From Amoebidium appalachense (Eukaryota > Protista > Ichthyosporea), in the NCBI GenBank assembly GCA_963693365.1, contig CAVNZM010000001.1, positions 16,611,840-16,675,839 of the forward strand: a stretch of 64,000 nt of DNA, given 5' to 3'. Shown one piece after another: positions 12,504 to 26,419 of the stretch; positions within the stretch are counted from its first letter, which is position 1; the number at the start of each line of letters is the position of its first letter. The translations under genes and the position numbers were made by a program. The notes beneath the pieces were generated by a model. It was not told the origin of the DNA and ran no database searches. It saw nothing but the letters and a program-made list of their open reading frames with translations.

Positions 12504-13289
12504 CGGTGGTTAGATGAGTGGGTGCCTATGGGTATAAATTTACAACGCCATGGCAAGTATGGGTGTTCAGGTGTGTCTGTGAAAGCAACGGGGGAAACGG
12601 GAGAGGGAAAAGGGGGGGGGGGAAGGGGGGGGGGGGGGGGAGAGGGGGGGGGGGGGGAGGGGGAAGGAAGGGAGAGGCGAGGGCATATGTGGGTTAGAAT
12701 GAAAAGAAGGAGAAGGGATATGAGAACTATTACCTAATGGATGCATGGGCCGAGGTCCCGGTGGGTGGGTGGGTGGGTGGGTTGGGGGGGGGGGGGGGGG
12801 GGGGGGGGGGAGGCAGGACTGGAGAGAAAGGGGGAAAGGGTTTAGGGGGGAAGGTGTCATGTGCTGAGCTGATTCGTATTAGTTTGCTTCTATATTTTGT
12901 GTTTTGGTGAGTGAATTTTGGGGGTTTTCTTGCATAGTGATGCTGGGGTCTAAGTGGGGTATGAGGAGATTAATCAGTGGTATGGGGAGAACCTGATGCG
13001 GCGGCGGCTGATTGTTAAAGCTGCGCGCGTGCATGCTCCACGCCTCTGCGTACTCTCCATGTTAAATGTTGTATTGCTTCTTGCTGTGTGCTTGGCGAGA
13101 CCCATGTTGCCTGCTCGCGTGTGTGTATGCTTATATGTATTGTGAGTAAAGGTGTGTACGTGTTGTAGTGCTGTAGGGGTGTCTGAGATGGCGGTAGCCA
13201 ATGGTGTGGAGTGCGTGTAGCCTTTGGGGGAGGGAGTGTTGTGATTGGCTGAATGTCACTGTGGTATTTGTCTGGCCAGTGGGCCGCGT

Positions 13290-13487
13290 GTCTGTGAAGT
13301 GTCTCGCGGGGTCGCGGGCTTTTGGAAGTTCTTCTAAGATAAGAACACGAAAGGCTCGCTTCCCACCCAACTCAAAGAAAAGTTTATACGTATACACGGT
13401 TTCAAGCCCCTTTAAGCGTGCAGATAGTTAGAGTAGTTTGTATACACTCTGTTTGTAGCCACGACAGAAGGGATTACATAAACAGCG
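13290..13487 (-). pseudogene. Possible GIY-YIG endonuclease relic
   Basis: Minus-strand AVYVIPSVVATNRVY, then after a frame change YKLFFELGGKRAFRVLILEELP, similar to the G-x-x-x-F-x-x-x-I-L-E strand of GIY-YIG domains. There is no intact YIG motif. Confidence 0.3.
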
Positions 13488-15143
13488 CGGGGGGGGGGGG
13501 GGGGGGGGGGGGAGGGGGGGGGGCAGCACCTGAGGGGAGCAGGGGGTTCCCGCTGAGCTGGGCTACCGAACCGTTTCGGCATGTCACGTCTGTGTGTGTG
13601 CGCGCGCGGTGTGTGTGTGTGTGTTTGTGTGTGCGCGCGCGGTGTGTGGTGCAAGTATACATTGTGTAAGGTTGGTGTGTTGGGGGGGCAGGGAGGGGGG
13701 ACTCTCTGTGGGCATAGATTTAGGAAGGAAGCAAAATGTCAAGCAAAGGCCCTCAAGGGTGTCTGGGCTAACACATGTGGGTGTATGCATGCCAGCTTTC
13801 CAACAGGTGTATGCATCGGTGTTCGTGTGTGCTCTCATCTGTGTGTGTGTTGTGTGTGTGTGTGCGTGTGTGTGTGTGTGTGTATGTGTGGGTGTATGGG
13901 TGGGTGGGTGTGTGGGTGTGTTCGTGTGCTTGTGTGTTTTCCTGTATAGCCCGCAAGGCATGGTGTATGTCTTTGTGTGCCCTTATACGTGTGCGTATAC
14001 CTGCACGACTTTGTGGTCAGATGCTAGCCTGCTAAGAGCCAGCACGGTGTGAAACAGGTGGATTTGAGGCCAACCAGACCATGACCCCTTGCATGTAGAG
14101 GTGCAACTCTAAACGGGAGTGCGTGCCTGTAGCTGTCTTTGGTTCCAACAAGTGTGAAAGTATATTGTGCGCACGTGTGTGTCTGTGTGTTTGTGGTGGG
14201 TGCGGATGTGTGTGTGTGTACTTGTGTTTGTGTGCTGGTGTCCGTGTGTGTGTATGTCTGAAAATTGTGTGTTAACGACTGCGTCTTATCGTCTGCAAGC
14301 TCTTACTCCATGCGTGTGTGTGTGTGTGTGCCGTGTGTGTGTACATGTGTGTGTGTGTGTGTGTGTGCGTGTGTGTGTGCGTGCGTGCAAGTGTGTGCGC
14401 GAGCTTGTGTACCACTTTTCGTCACCCTACCCTAGGCAGACTATACGTGAAGTTGTATACAAACAGAGAATTAGGAACATGCTTTTGGTATGTTCAATAC
14501 CTTTCTCGACGGTAGAAGTATAGAGGCGTGACTACCAGGAGCACTCACGCCTTGGACTCCCTCATTCTCTCTACCTCTAGAAAGAGCCCAGATGATCTGT
14601 CGGCCCTTATTCTAAAATTGCACGCCGCACCCCTAAGCCATTAAAGTGACCCCATACTCTGCTAGTTCGCACACTAAATATGATAACGACAAACTTTTCC
14701 TCTTTCCATCATCAACCGACTCTCACTTCAGGACAAGCTCAAACTGTACAGTAGAGCGGCCGTCGGGAAGCTGATGACTCCAAGCCCGGAGGCGCGCATT
14801 CAACAGCATAGCCCCCATTTTGTACAAAGTCGGTTTACCATTGGTCGGCTAAGTGTGGTGCGACATTCCATCATCCGATTCCACTCATGAGCCCGCCGAA
14901 AAGCGCACGAGCCCGAATGTGATCGTACGATTATCGGAAGGTCGCGGTCAATGTGTCGCGTGCGCCGGCGGAGTTAGGTCTAGTTTATACCCTTCCGTCG
15001 ATTATCGGCAGATCGAAAAGTGCGGTACAACTTTTTACCTCCATGGGCTCGGAGGGGGTGGGGTGGGGGGGGGGGGGGGGGGGGGGGGGGTGGCCGCCTC
15101 CGGAGTGCTCCAGGCTCCGGGTCAGTCCCTCCGAGTTTCCCCT

Positions 15144-15470
15144 GACTTCACTTTCACTTCGATCTCTTAGCTGTCACGTCAATTTTTTCCCGATTCTTCA
15201 CCATGGCAGGTATATAAAGGCTTTCGTTTCTTCTTTTTGTGGACTTCACTTTCACTTCGATCTCTTAGCTGTCACGTCAACTTTTTTTCCCGATTCTTCA
15301 CCATGGCAGGTATATAAAGGCTTTCGTTTCTTCTTTTTGTGGTGGGAGGGTACTGTCCTTTGGACTTCACTTTCACTTCGATCTCTTAGCTGTCACGTCA
15401 ACTTTTTTTCCCGATTCTTCACCATGGCAGGTATATAAAGGCTTTCGTTTCTTCTTTTTGTGGTGGGAGG
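15144..15470 (+). repeat. Three direct repeats of a 98-121-bp monomer containing TATATAAA
   Basis: GACTTCACTTTCACTTCGATCTCTTAGCTGTCACGTCAA...GGTATATAAAGGCTTTCGTTTCTTCTTTTTGTGG at 15144, 15242 and 15363. Confidence 0.92.
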
Positions 15471-16246
15471 GAGTCCCACTCAGGGGAACGTGACTGCAGC
15501 GTGTCTGTGGTGTGGCCTGGTGTATTCCTACTGCTGTGAGAGTGTGGGGGCATCTCCCTTTCGCGGAGTCTCTCGCTTGAGAAGTGGGTTCTTCAACGCC
15601 TGGTGTTCCACTGCAACCTATGGTAACTTCTACACGCTGTCTATGCTTCTACGCGACCTATTGGCGGTGGGCTGCTGCAACTTCTTCAGCTATTTCTGCG
15701 CTGCGTGAGTGGAGGGGCGGCTACTTCAAGTTGGTCGTTGGGGAGCTTTCCAAGTGACTGCCAGTCCTTAGCCTCCAGCCGTATGGCAATGACCGGGTTT
15801 GCTTGCATGCAATCTGTAATTGTGTTTTTTTCTGTGTGTCCTGCCACAGCTAGGCCACCTTATCAGAGAGCTAGATGCAGTTTCTCCGGGTTATCTAGGG
15901 GCCGGGCCTGACCCGTTGGGATTGTTTTTTGGCTCAGATTTGGTCTGCATTGCTCTTTTAGAGGCTGACTTGCTTGCTGTGCCTCGGTAGGTTTTGAGGG
16001 GGGCCTGTTGGGAAGCAGCAGTAATGATGTCTTCTTGCGGAGTGTGGTCTGGTCAACATCGATGCATATGACTAGTTGGAGCAAACTAGTTTCACGCATA
16101 CATGTACACTTAAGGTTTTGCCCACTGGTGTCCTTTGTCACTTGTCGCTTTATTTTTATTTCGTAGCTTTGGCTTTTTCAGTTCTATTGGTGGAATGTAG
16201 CCTGTGGCTGCACGTTGCCTTCATCAACGGATCAATAAAAACGAGT

Positions 16247-16277
<31 letters not shown>
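15144..16277 (+). mobile_element. Putative non-LTR retroposed element remnant (5' monomers, AATAAA, poly(A) tail)
   Basis: AATAAA at 16234-16239 is followed by A30 at 16248-16277. No intact ORF and no TSD found. Confidence 0.4.
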
Positions 16278-16279
<2 letters not shown>

Positions 16280-17589
16280 ACCTCCCGATTACCCACAGAT
16301 TTCGCTGCATGCCGTTTCGGATTATCTGCGGGTACGGGGGGTAGTTTTTCGCAGAGTAGACTTTTTGTTGAATTCTGTTGGTCGTCACATTGAGTATTTA
16401 TATGATTTTCACACAGTGTTCAGGTATCTCAGTATGCACTTGTTACTGGATAACTCATGAAGTTTTTATTGTCTTCTCAGTATGCCGTGCATACTTGCAT
16501 ATCTTTCCGTCGAATAAATCCAGTCAAAAGAAAAAAGAATAAATCCCCCCCTTTTGAGCGATCAGAGCGTGAGAATGGAGCATGATATTCAGGAAATTTC
16601 AACGTGGAAAGATAGCCTATGATGTGCACTTTAAAAGTGCCCGGTTACTTTTTTTCTCTGACCGCAAGAACATGGTGTAAATTTGTGTTGAAAATTAATT
16701 TTTTCATATGTAGCCCAAAATTGGCCGCTCCACCGTAACCCATAGAAGGAGTGGTGCTGGACCCATCAATATGGGGTGCAAAATGCTCAGCTCGCCAAAT
16801 GCCAAATCAAGGCCAGTCCTCGGCATCAGATTTTCAATAAACATTTCTCGAGATATTCACATTTTTCTAATCGGACCCCCCCGGCCTGAGCCCCCACCGT
16901 GATTTTTTTTTTTTTTTTTTTTTTCTCGCTTGCACCCACAGGGTGCGCACACACAACTTTACTTCCCACCAACCTCCAAGAGGACTTGACTAAACACACG
17001 TCTGTGCCCCTTGCATTTCTTTGGACGTGGACGTGTATTTCTTTGGAAGTGATTGGACAACAGCAAACGGCTTAGCCTAAAAAGGCAAGTCTGATGGCTC
17101 AACTAACAACGTGCATGCAACTCATACGGTATCCGTGTGCCTGTGGCAGACACAGTCACAACTATATGTGCAGCGACGAAAAGATTGTAGAAAAACCAAA
17201 CCATGGCTCGCATAGAAGAGGCACGAAACATGATCAGCGTTGCAACGCACGACAAGAGCTATTTAAAGTTTGTAAAATATGGGACCCGGGCCGGGGTGGG
17301 GGGGGAGGGGGGAGGGGGGGGAAGGGGGGGGGGGGGAGGGGGGGGGGGGAGGGGGGGGGGGAGGGAGGGGGGAAGGAGGGAGGGAGGGAGGTCCGGTGGG
17401 ACTCAGAGAGAGAGGGAGGGAGGGAGGGAGGGCCTGTGTGAGGGAGGGAGGGAGGGAGGGAGGATCCGGGAGGGAAGGGGGGAGGGAAGGAGAGGGGGAA
17501 GAACGAGTGGGAGAGCACAGAGAGGGAGAGGGAGGGAGGAAGAGAGAGGGGGGGGGGGGGGAGAGAGAGAGAGGGCGAGGGGGGGGGGG

Positions 17590-17881
<292 letters not shown>

Positions 17882-17934
17882 GAGGACCTGGTGTGAAATT
17901 TCTTTGCCCACATTAGTCAGAACTCTGTTAATAA

Positions 17935-18396
17935 AGGGCCCAACCACATCGGCAGAGTCAACTTACAAGAAGCAGAATTATTCTGCAAATGCAGAATCAT
18001 CATGCAAAAAGTAGAATTATTCTGCAAAAGCAGAATCACTCTGCTGTTAGTAGAATTATTCTGTTCTTAGCAGTATTATTCTGCAAAAATCAGTATCATT
18101 CTGCCTTTCCAGTGCAGAATGATTCTGCTTTCAGTTATCAGAATAATTCTGTTTTTACTGGAAGAATTCTGCTTAAAACAGAATAGTTCTGTTTTTAGTG
18201 GAATAATTCTGCTTTTAGCAGATTGATTCTGCTTTTGCAGAATAATTCGCGGCAGATTGATTCTGCTTAATATTGCTGTGTACAGCTGAATAATTCTGCT
18301 TCTAGCAGAATGATTCTGCTTTTTACAGGATAACTCTGCTTTTTGCTTAATAATTCTGCTCGGAGCAAGTTGACTCAGCCGATGTGGTTGGGCCCT
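17935..18396. mobile_element. MITE, PIF/Harbinger (Tourist)-like, 462 bp
   Basis: About 31-bp TIRs (AGGGCCCAACCACATCGGCAGAGTCAACTT / AAGTTGACTCAGCCGATGTGGTTGGGCCCT) flanked by TAA at 17932-17934 and 18397-18399. The interior is an array of GCAGAATNATTCTGC. Confidence 0.88.
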
Positions 18397-19413
18397 TAAT
18401 AACTTTGGTGTACATACGCATAAAAATAATATGGATTGGCAATGATCAGGTGGATGGATATATTCTCGAGCTTTGAACGAGTACGGTACATATGTGCCCG
18501 GCACGTCCTTCGTATTCACACTGAGAGTATACGAGAGGCACGTACATGATCAGACTCCCACGCTATCCGCTCTAGATCTCTGCATATCCGGCCCCTTAAC
18601 AAATACTATTACAAGCTATTGTAAACTATTGTAAGCTACCTCCGAAGGTAGTGCCACGCATGATATAGTATACGTATAAAGTATAATAGCTGGTGCAGTG
18701 CATACCTCAAGTTGTGTGTGTGCTGGTGCTGAGGGTTGCTGGAGGGGGGACCTGGAGGGGTACCGGTGGGAGAATAGGGGGTGAATGCCAATTCAAGACC
18801 AGGCAACCCCCCCCCCCCCCCCCCCCCCCTCCCATCCCCACCCCCACCCCCAACTCTCCCCCCACCCCACCCCCACCCCAGCAGCTCCGCATCCCCTCCA
18901 GATAATGATGTAGGCTAGCGCACTTCTTGCTGGTTTAGGGTGTGGTGTACTGCGCAAGAGGCCGAGCCCAGATGCGGACGGTGTACGCTTGGATGCAAGA
19001 CTCTTTCTTTATTCCGATTCAATTCATAAGGATGCATTCAGGTGTGCACATGCTTAATCCTACAAACTTCGTGACCATTTCAATTCCGCGCGTCATATTC
19101 ACTAAACTTTACGGTAACTCTTCTAGCGCTACCAACCACACAAATCTCAGAACCATGCTGGGGGAAAAGAAGACCAGAAATACAGACAATAGAAGCGCTT
19201 AAGCATATAGCGATCTTCAAGTTTCTCATGCGTAAAAACTGACAAAAACGAGATACCCACTCATTTCGCGTTATAATTTCTCAAAACGAGAACGATTAAG
19301 CCAGTCATGTGTACGAACATGTTACACAATTGCTCGAGTTTGACTCACAATAGGCTATTTCCTATCCGCAAATCATCCTTCAGCACTTAACTCCTAAAAT
19401 AGTTGCAAACCAA

Positions 19414-19966
19414 TCACATCAGAGGGTTGCTGTAAAATCGCTGCATGTGCAGAATGCTGTCGTTGAGGTGGCGGTGGAGGGCTTCATTGAATTGCTCCGG
19501 CCTCTCCACTGGAACAGCGTGCCCCGCCCTGTGTGTTGTTTATGTACGTGTGTAGCATGTGTGTACGTGTAACGGTGTGGTGTGTGCATGTGTGTATGTG
19601 TGTATGTATGGTGTGTGTGAGCATGTATACGTGAATGTGTGGTGTGTGTGCCAGTGTGTACCCACGTGCGCACACACGCGCGCGTGTGTGCAGGTGTTTA
19701 TGTAGCCCGTGTGCAAGTGCGTGTGGTCTATCGTGTGTCCACATAAAAAAAATGCAGCGTGCCCAACCATGTGTATGCAGAAGCAATGTGTGTGGTGTCA
19801 CGGTATGGGTACTGGGGGAGCCTGACAAGGGAATGGGCAGGGTGGGGTGTGATAGTGTTGTGCGTGTCAGTGTTTGTGTGTGTGTGTGCGCGCGCACGAG
19901 CGTGTGCGCATGTGTGTGCGTGGGGGGGGGGGGGGGGGGGGAGGGGGGGGAAGGGGGGGGGGGGAA

Positions 19967-20007
<41 letters not shown>

Positions 20008-20556
20008 GGGTGGAGTGCAAAACCTGAGGAGTTGACAAGGAAAACGAGCAGGGCCCAAGGGGAGAGAAGCAGGGGGGGGGGGGGGGGGGGGGGGGGGGGT
20101 ACTAACCCCCTGAAGACAACGAGATCTGCACCGAGAGAGTCAGCGAGTGCGGTGGAGTTGTGGGAACTGACTAACTCGTCCCTGTCTCCCGTCATCACAA
20201 CCTTGCGGAAGGGGAGATAGCGCAGTCGGCGTAGTCGCTCAGCACTGATTGGGTAGTTATAATTTAATTTTGTGGGGGGAGGGGGCAGAGGGAGGGTATG
20301 TATGGTGGGGCGATAATTCATAAAGAAACAAGGCAAATATTTCATAACGAAAATGAATGAGATTTACGGAAATCTGCAATGAGGTATTGAGACCAAACCC
20401 CAGAAAGTAAGAAAGTGTAGCGGGGGTGCTGGTTCATGAAAGAAAGCTTCTGGGAAAGGGTGAAGGGGAATTGGAAACATTTGCCAACAGACGTTTATGG
20501 ACTAGGGTGGGAAAAGGGGAGTGGAAGGGAATTTGAGGAAGAGAGAGGGCGAGGGG

Positions 20557-20591
<35 letters not shown>

Positions 20592-20845
20592 GTGAAGTTG
20601 TTTTATTGGGGGTGGAGGTGGGCACGGGGGGGGGGGGGAGGGGGAGGGGGAGGGAGGGGGTATGTGGAAGAGGGGGAAAGGGGGGAGGAGAGGATGGGGG
20701 AGGATCAGGATATTGATTTGTCTGCACCTGGGAATCCAGTCAAGTGGATCTGGGAATGGACGTATGGTTGCATTGTAATAGATTTTTTCTCTTCTCTTAT
20801 TTTTTTCTTTCCTTTTCGTTTTGTTTTTTTTTTTGTTTTTTTTTT

Positions 20846-20893
<48 letters not shown>

Positions 20894-21001
20894 GTACTCT
20901 AGGTTATGGGTCATACATGCAAGGAACTGGAGGACAGACCCCGGGATGCCCGGCCGGTAGTTGCTGGGCCTGGAATTGTGTGAAAGGTTGGTGTGTAGAT
21001 T

Positions 21002-21068
<67 letters not shown>

Positions 21069-21482
21069 ATGTGTACATGCATGCGCGTGTGTGTGTGCGC
21101 GCGCATAGGTGGAGGGGAGGGGGGAGGGGGGTGCGGGGGGGCAATTGATAAAGTAAGCAATTGGAGCAACTCTGCAGGCAAATTACCCAACAAATGCCTC
21201 TGTAATCGTTAAAAGCGCAACTGATGTGGTTGTTGTGGGCAGAGGGAAAGGAGGGATACGTGGCTAAAAGTGGCCGAAGGTAAGCAATCGGAAGTTCACA
21301 AGGCGAAAGCCCCTCGTGTAGTTGTATTGTGCACCAACATGTGAAGGAGACCAACTATGATTTAAGGTTTGTGCACATCTGAGGACATATGATCAGGGAG
21401 CGGGAATGAACAAAGTCAGGAGGCTGTGCTACCTAACCTGCCTTTGCCCGGTTCGGATGGCAGGGGGAGAGGTGAATGGAAG

Positions 21483-21514
<32 letters not shown>

Positions 21515-21545
21515 GCGTGTGCGTGTGCGTGTGTGCGTGCGTGCG

Positions 21546-21581
<36 letters not shown>

Positions 21582-22120
21582 GAAGAGGGGGGGGGGGGGG
21601 GGGGGATGGAAGAACATTTGAAGCTGATAAAAACAGACCATTCAGAAAGGAAGCAAGCACTTTCATATCAGTGAGCGTGTGTGGGGGCTTTATACACATA
21701 GGTGGATTTGCAAATGTGTGCATCTGTGTGTGTGGGGGGGGGAGGGGGGGGGGGGAGGGAAGGGGAATGTGGGGGGGTCTTTTACATAGCACGGTTGTGA
21801 AATTCCTTGAGTCGTTGCCTGTCAGCCTGCAGGGCATGTGATGGGTAGAGCAGGCGCATAACAGCATCTTCATAGTAGCTGTCTTCGTGGAAGTAGGCAA
21901 GGTTGCACCTGGTTGGTGGTTATGTGAGCATGTGTGCACGGTCTAGAAGGGTGGTGGTTGTAGGAAGAACACTGCAAATGTAATGTGTATGTGTTGACAA
22001 AGTAGAGTGGATAAAGGGAGTGTAAGGTTTGATATATTGGGGAGAGGGGGAGGGTAGGGAAGGGGGCACACCCGAGGTGGGGGGGAAGGAGGGGATGGGT
22101 GTGTGTGTGTGTGTGTGTTT

Positions 22121-22169
<49 letters not shown>

Positions 22170-22598
22170 TGCTGCCACTTTATGAACCATATGTTGCATC
22201 AGCATCAGAGCATGCAAGGGCATTGAACAAAGCAAGACACTAGATATCTCCCCCCCTTCGGACAGAAACACAAGCCACAACACTTATGAAGGGTCTGATG
22301 CAGTGGACGGCACGAATCGCAACTGAAAATACGATTAACCCACACAGATCACCGTTAGGCTCAAGATTACGCGATCTATTCGCATCACTGGGAAAGAGCA
22401 AACCGTTTTTTTTTTTTTTTTTTTTTTTTTTTTGTTTTTTTTGGGGGGGGGGGGGGGGGAGGGGGGGGGGGACGGGGGATGGGGGGAGGAGGGGGAGTAG
22501 ATACTTTCACAGGTCTTTGTAATGAGAAAGTGGTGCCATTTTTCTTTCTTTCTTTCTTTCTTTTTCTCTCTTTCTCTCTTTTTTTTTTCCCCTTTCGG

Positions 22599-22638
<40 letters not shown>

Positions 22639-23079
22639 AGGAGGGGCTACATGACTGCCTTGAAGAGGCCGGTAAGGGGGGGGCACTTTGTCTCTGAGAG
22701 TAGTCCCGGCCAGTGTGGAGAGAAGACAGAGGGAGAGCACACGGTCGGGTACGAGCAGGGAAAGCTCCTGGGCTATCATGCTGGGGGGATTTAAGTGTTA
22801 AATGTTAATGGGCACATCTGATTGCAAGTCTTATTGATGACTTATAACATGCCGTTTATCGCTTTCCGTGGATTCTATTAGAATTCTCTGCCGTGCCTTT
22901 CAGCCAGCAGGCATTTCTCTTTCTAGCAGTATTAACAAACCACTATAGGGGTCAAGAGCAAAGGCAAGCATGATCTCCGCCCATACCACCCAAATGCCTG
23001 CATGTGATCGATATACTTCCATCATTATTCGATCTGCCCGTATTGGTCGTGATGGGGTCTTTGGATGGGTTGTATGGAG

Positions 23080-23125
<46 letters not shown>

Positions 23126-23349
23126 TGTACACTAATTACTCAAACACAACCGTGTGCCCTTTATAGTTTCCCGTTTCCCGTGGCTTTCATGTGTTGATAT
23201 CAGCCTATCCTGAATAGGAGGTGAAGAGGGGGAGTGGGCAAAACGAAACCAAAAGTGTAGGCAATGCATGCATACACATACTCTAATACAACAACAAAAA
23301 GATCGAGACAAATCACTCCCGCGGGGTGTGCGTGTGTGTGTGTGTGGGG

Positions 23350-23397
<48 letters not shown>

Positions 23398-24629
23398 AAG
23401 GACGTACCCGCCCATGGATACACCGACCACGTGAACAGAGCGAAACCGATCCCATTTGAGATGGTCCAGAAGGGCGGCAGCATCCTCGGCCTGATATGTG
23501 GTCAATCAGATAAGGGCATAATAGGCACGTGACTACCCCACTCTATGCAACATTCCACTCTGCCAGGATAGGCTACGTTTCCTAACTTTCTACTCTAATA
23601 GATCCGGGAAGGAAGGGGAGAGGCTTTGCATGTAAAGTCCACTTCAACCCGAGCTAAGCTTCATAGTGCCGTATTCAAACCCCTTTCACAATCGCCAGCT
23701 GGAAGGCTGTTCAGTCCAAGATATGCGCATCCTTCCCCCTCCCCCAACCCCCCCTCCCCCCCCCCTCCCCCTCCCCCCCCCCCCCCCCTCCCCCCCCTCT
23801 CCCCTGGTGTCTCCCGATTACATTTTCAAATACCACCTTGAAGTTGTATTAAATCTTACAGAGCTGAAAAGCAAAGTCATGGTCGAGGAGAGACGGGGGA
23901 AGTTGGGGGGGGGGGAGGGGGGAGGGGGGTGGATGCTCACCATGACAGATGTTGTAGAGCGAGTAGGAGGGGTGCTGCTCTTGCCCACCCCCCTGTTGTC
24001 ATATATGCACACCTGGAGGGGTAGTTGCAGTGGTTAGGCGCATAGTGAATGGAGGTTTGAATCATGTATGTGTGTGGGGGCGGCGATAGTGAGATGGGTG
24101 GGTGGGGGAGAGGAAGAGAGGGGGGGAGTATGGGGGGTTTTATTAATCATCCTTCTGCATCTATATTTATCCACATAATCTATTTTTAGCACCCACCTGG
24201 TACTCTGGGTGCCGTGCAAAGTACTCTGCCTGATACAGCCACCCTGAGCCCATTGTCGCAAGGCCCATCACAAACAGGATTTTCTGTGGGCCATGGCCCC
24301 ACACTTGGTAGTGCAGCGTCACCCCCCTCAAGCGGTCCTGTGTATTTGGGGGGGGGGGGGGGGGGGGGGAGGGTGAAAGGAGAAGAAGAAGAAGAAGAAG
24401 AGAGAGGGGGGGGAGGGGGGGGGGGAGAGGAGGAGGAGGAGGAGGAGGAGGAGGAGGAGGGCGGGGGGGGGGGGGGGGGGGGGGGGGGGTATGGTGGCGT
24501 GTAGGGTATTATGTAACGGCGTTGAAGGTGTGTGTATATATGATACGACACCGATGCGACGAAAACGTGTGTGAGTGTGTTGAGTGGTGATTGTTGCTGT
24601 TGTTGTTTGTGTGTGTGTGTTTGGGTTTG

Positions 24630-24660
<31 letters not shown>

Positions 24661-26348
24661 GGGGGGGGTTATATGCGTCAAAAAGTACGAAGTACACAAG
24701 AACAAACGGATAACACGATGCAGAATGCAAGCCATACATAAAGAGTATGCATAATAAGCAGAGCCCATCCTCAGGGGGGCCCACGTCATCCACAGTACCC
24801 GAGTTTCGACCTATTCACCTCGTTAACGAAACCCAACTCAGATACTGTTTCACTTGAACATGGGTAGGTCACCCGTCTTGATCAGAGACGAGCAGGGTTG
24901 CTTATGCAGGCAAGGGCAGTGGGAAAGGCCGGGGGTTAAAGTTGCAGCAGTAAGCAGAAGCAAGAAAAATATAGATAGGAACTCAGGAGACGGGGCTTCT
25001 AGGAAGCTCCCCCGTCGATACCTAAGTCGATACTTCCCTGGCTAACATACTACACCAGCTGGAAAGAATTAAGTCCCGAAGGCCGCAGAATTTGCAATCA
25101 GAGGGGAAAATATGAGATTTGACCCACGGGGGGGGGGGGGGGGGGGGGGGAGGGGGGGGGTTTGCATAAATTGAATACCAGGACATACAGTGGACCCGTG
25201 GGCAGCGATAGCAGCGACGATCTCACACAGGAAACACATCAAGCTATGAACATCACACTTAAAAAAAAAATACGCACTGCATACCTTAGGTTGCATGCAA
25301 TGAGCGCCCAGAGTAGGACGGGAGGTAATGCCGGGGAGAGAAGAAAAAGAAAAAGAAATAAGAAAGGGGAAGGAAAGAAGAGAGGAGGAGGGTGAGAGGG
25401 GGGGGGGGGGGGGGGGGTAGGCACCGTGAAGTATTGGGATGAGCCATTCCCGAGAGTTGCAGGGTCACACAGGGTGAAGGTCTGGGTCACAGTCAGGTCC
25501 CCATAGGCGGGGGGTGCCAGCGCAACCGCTAGTTTGCTCTCCTCTCTGGAATGCAGAAAGGAATGTGTCAAATAATTATTACAGTCAGGGTTGAGGCTGG
25601 TTAAACCAACCACTGCTTCTCCCATCTTAGCGTCTGGGCTGCAAGCCAATCGGTGACGTCATTCTGGGCCTCTTTATCACGCAGCTGTTTTGGCGACTAG
25701 CTTGAAAAGGCGTGATAATCGTATGTCCGACATCAGCAATGTGACCTATGATTACGTCTCCTGATTGGTAAGAGCCATCCGAGAAATGTGGCTATCGCAA
25801 TGGCTTGCCGCCTAGACGCTAAAATGGGAGAAGTGGTGGTTGGTTTAAGTCAGTTGAGGTATCTGTTTGCATGCATGAGCAACAAGACTGCCTTGGAGGG
25901 GGGAATGGTGAAAAGCACAAACAAGGACATCTGTATTTTAACACTTGAAAAGGTACTACTTGAACCACATGCAGAATTTTCATATATATATATAAATTAT
26001 TCGTTAGGGGTATGTCCTTTACTAAGAATTGAATGTTTTGTAGATGTATCCGTATGTGCGTGATCTGTATTTTGATTTTATTTTGCCTCTGATACTTTGG
26101 TTGCATAGCTCTGTCTTCCTCTTTCTTTGTTTTTCATCCTGTATTTCCTTTCTTTTCTTTTTTTCCCCCTTTTCTTTTTTCTTCTTTTTTATGTTTTGTT
26201 TTTTGCTTCGTCCTTCTTTTTTTTTTTTTTTTTTTTTGTTGTTGTTGTTGGTGGTGGTGGTGGTGTTGTTGTTGTTGTTTTTGTTGTCTTGGGGGGGGGG
26301 GGGTAATTTTTTTGTTCTGTTTTTTTTTGCTTCGCCTTTTTTTTTTGA

Positions 26349-26419
<71 letters not shown>

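Noticed and set aside
17960-18360. Palindromic repeats with short variable spacers (CRISPR-like)
   Set aside because: Spacers are only about 4-6 nt and the array is enclosed by TIRs with a TAA TSD, so it is a MITE.
24760-24900. Canonical hammerhead ribozyme (CUGAGGA and GAAAC..GUA on the minus strand)
   Set aside because: Stems I and II cannot be paired in any standard permutation, and the diverged copy has GAACC. Kept only as a possible non-canonical structure.
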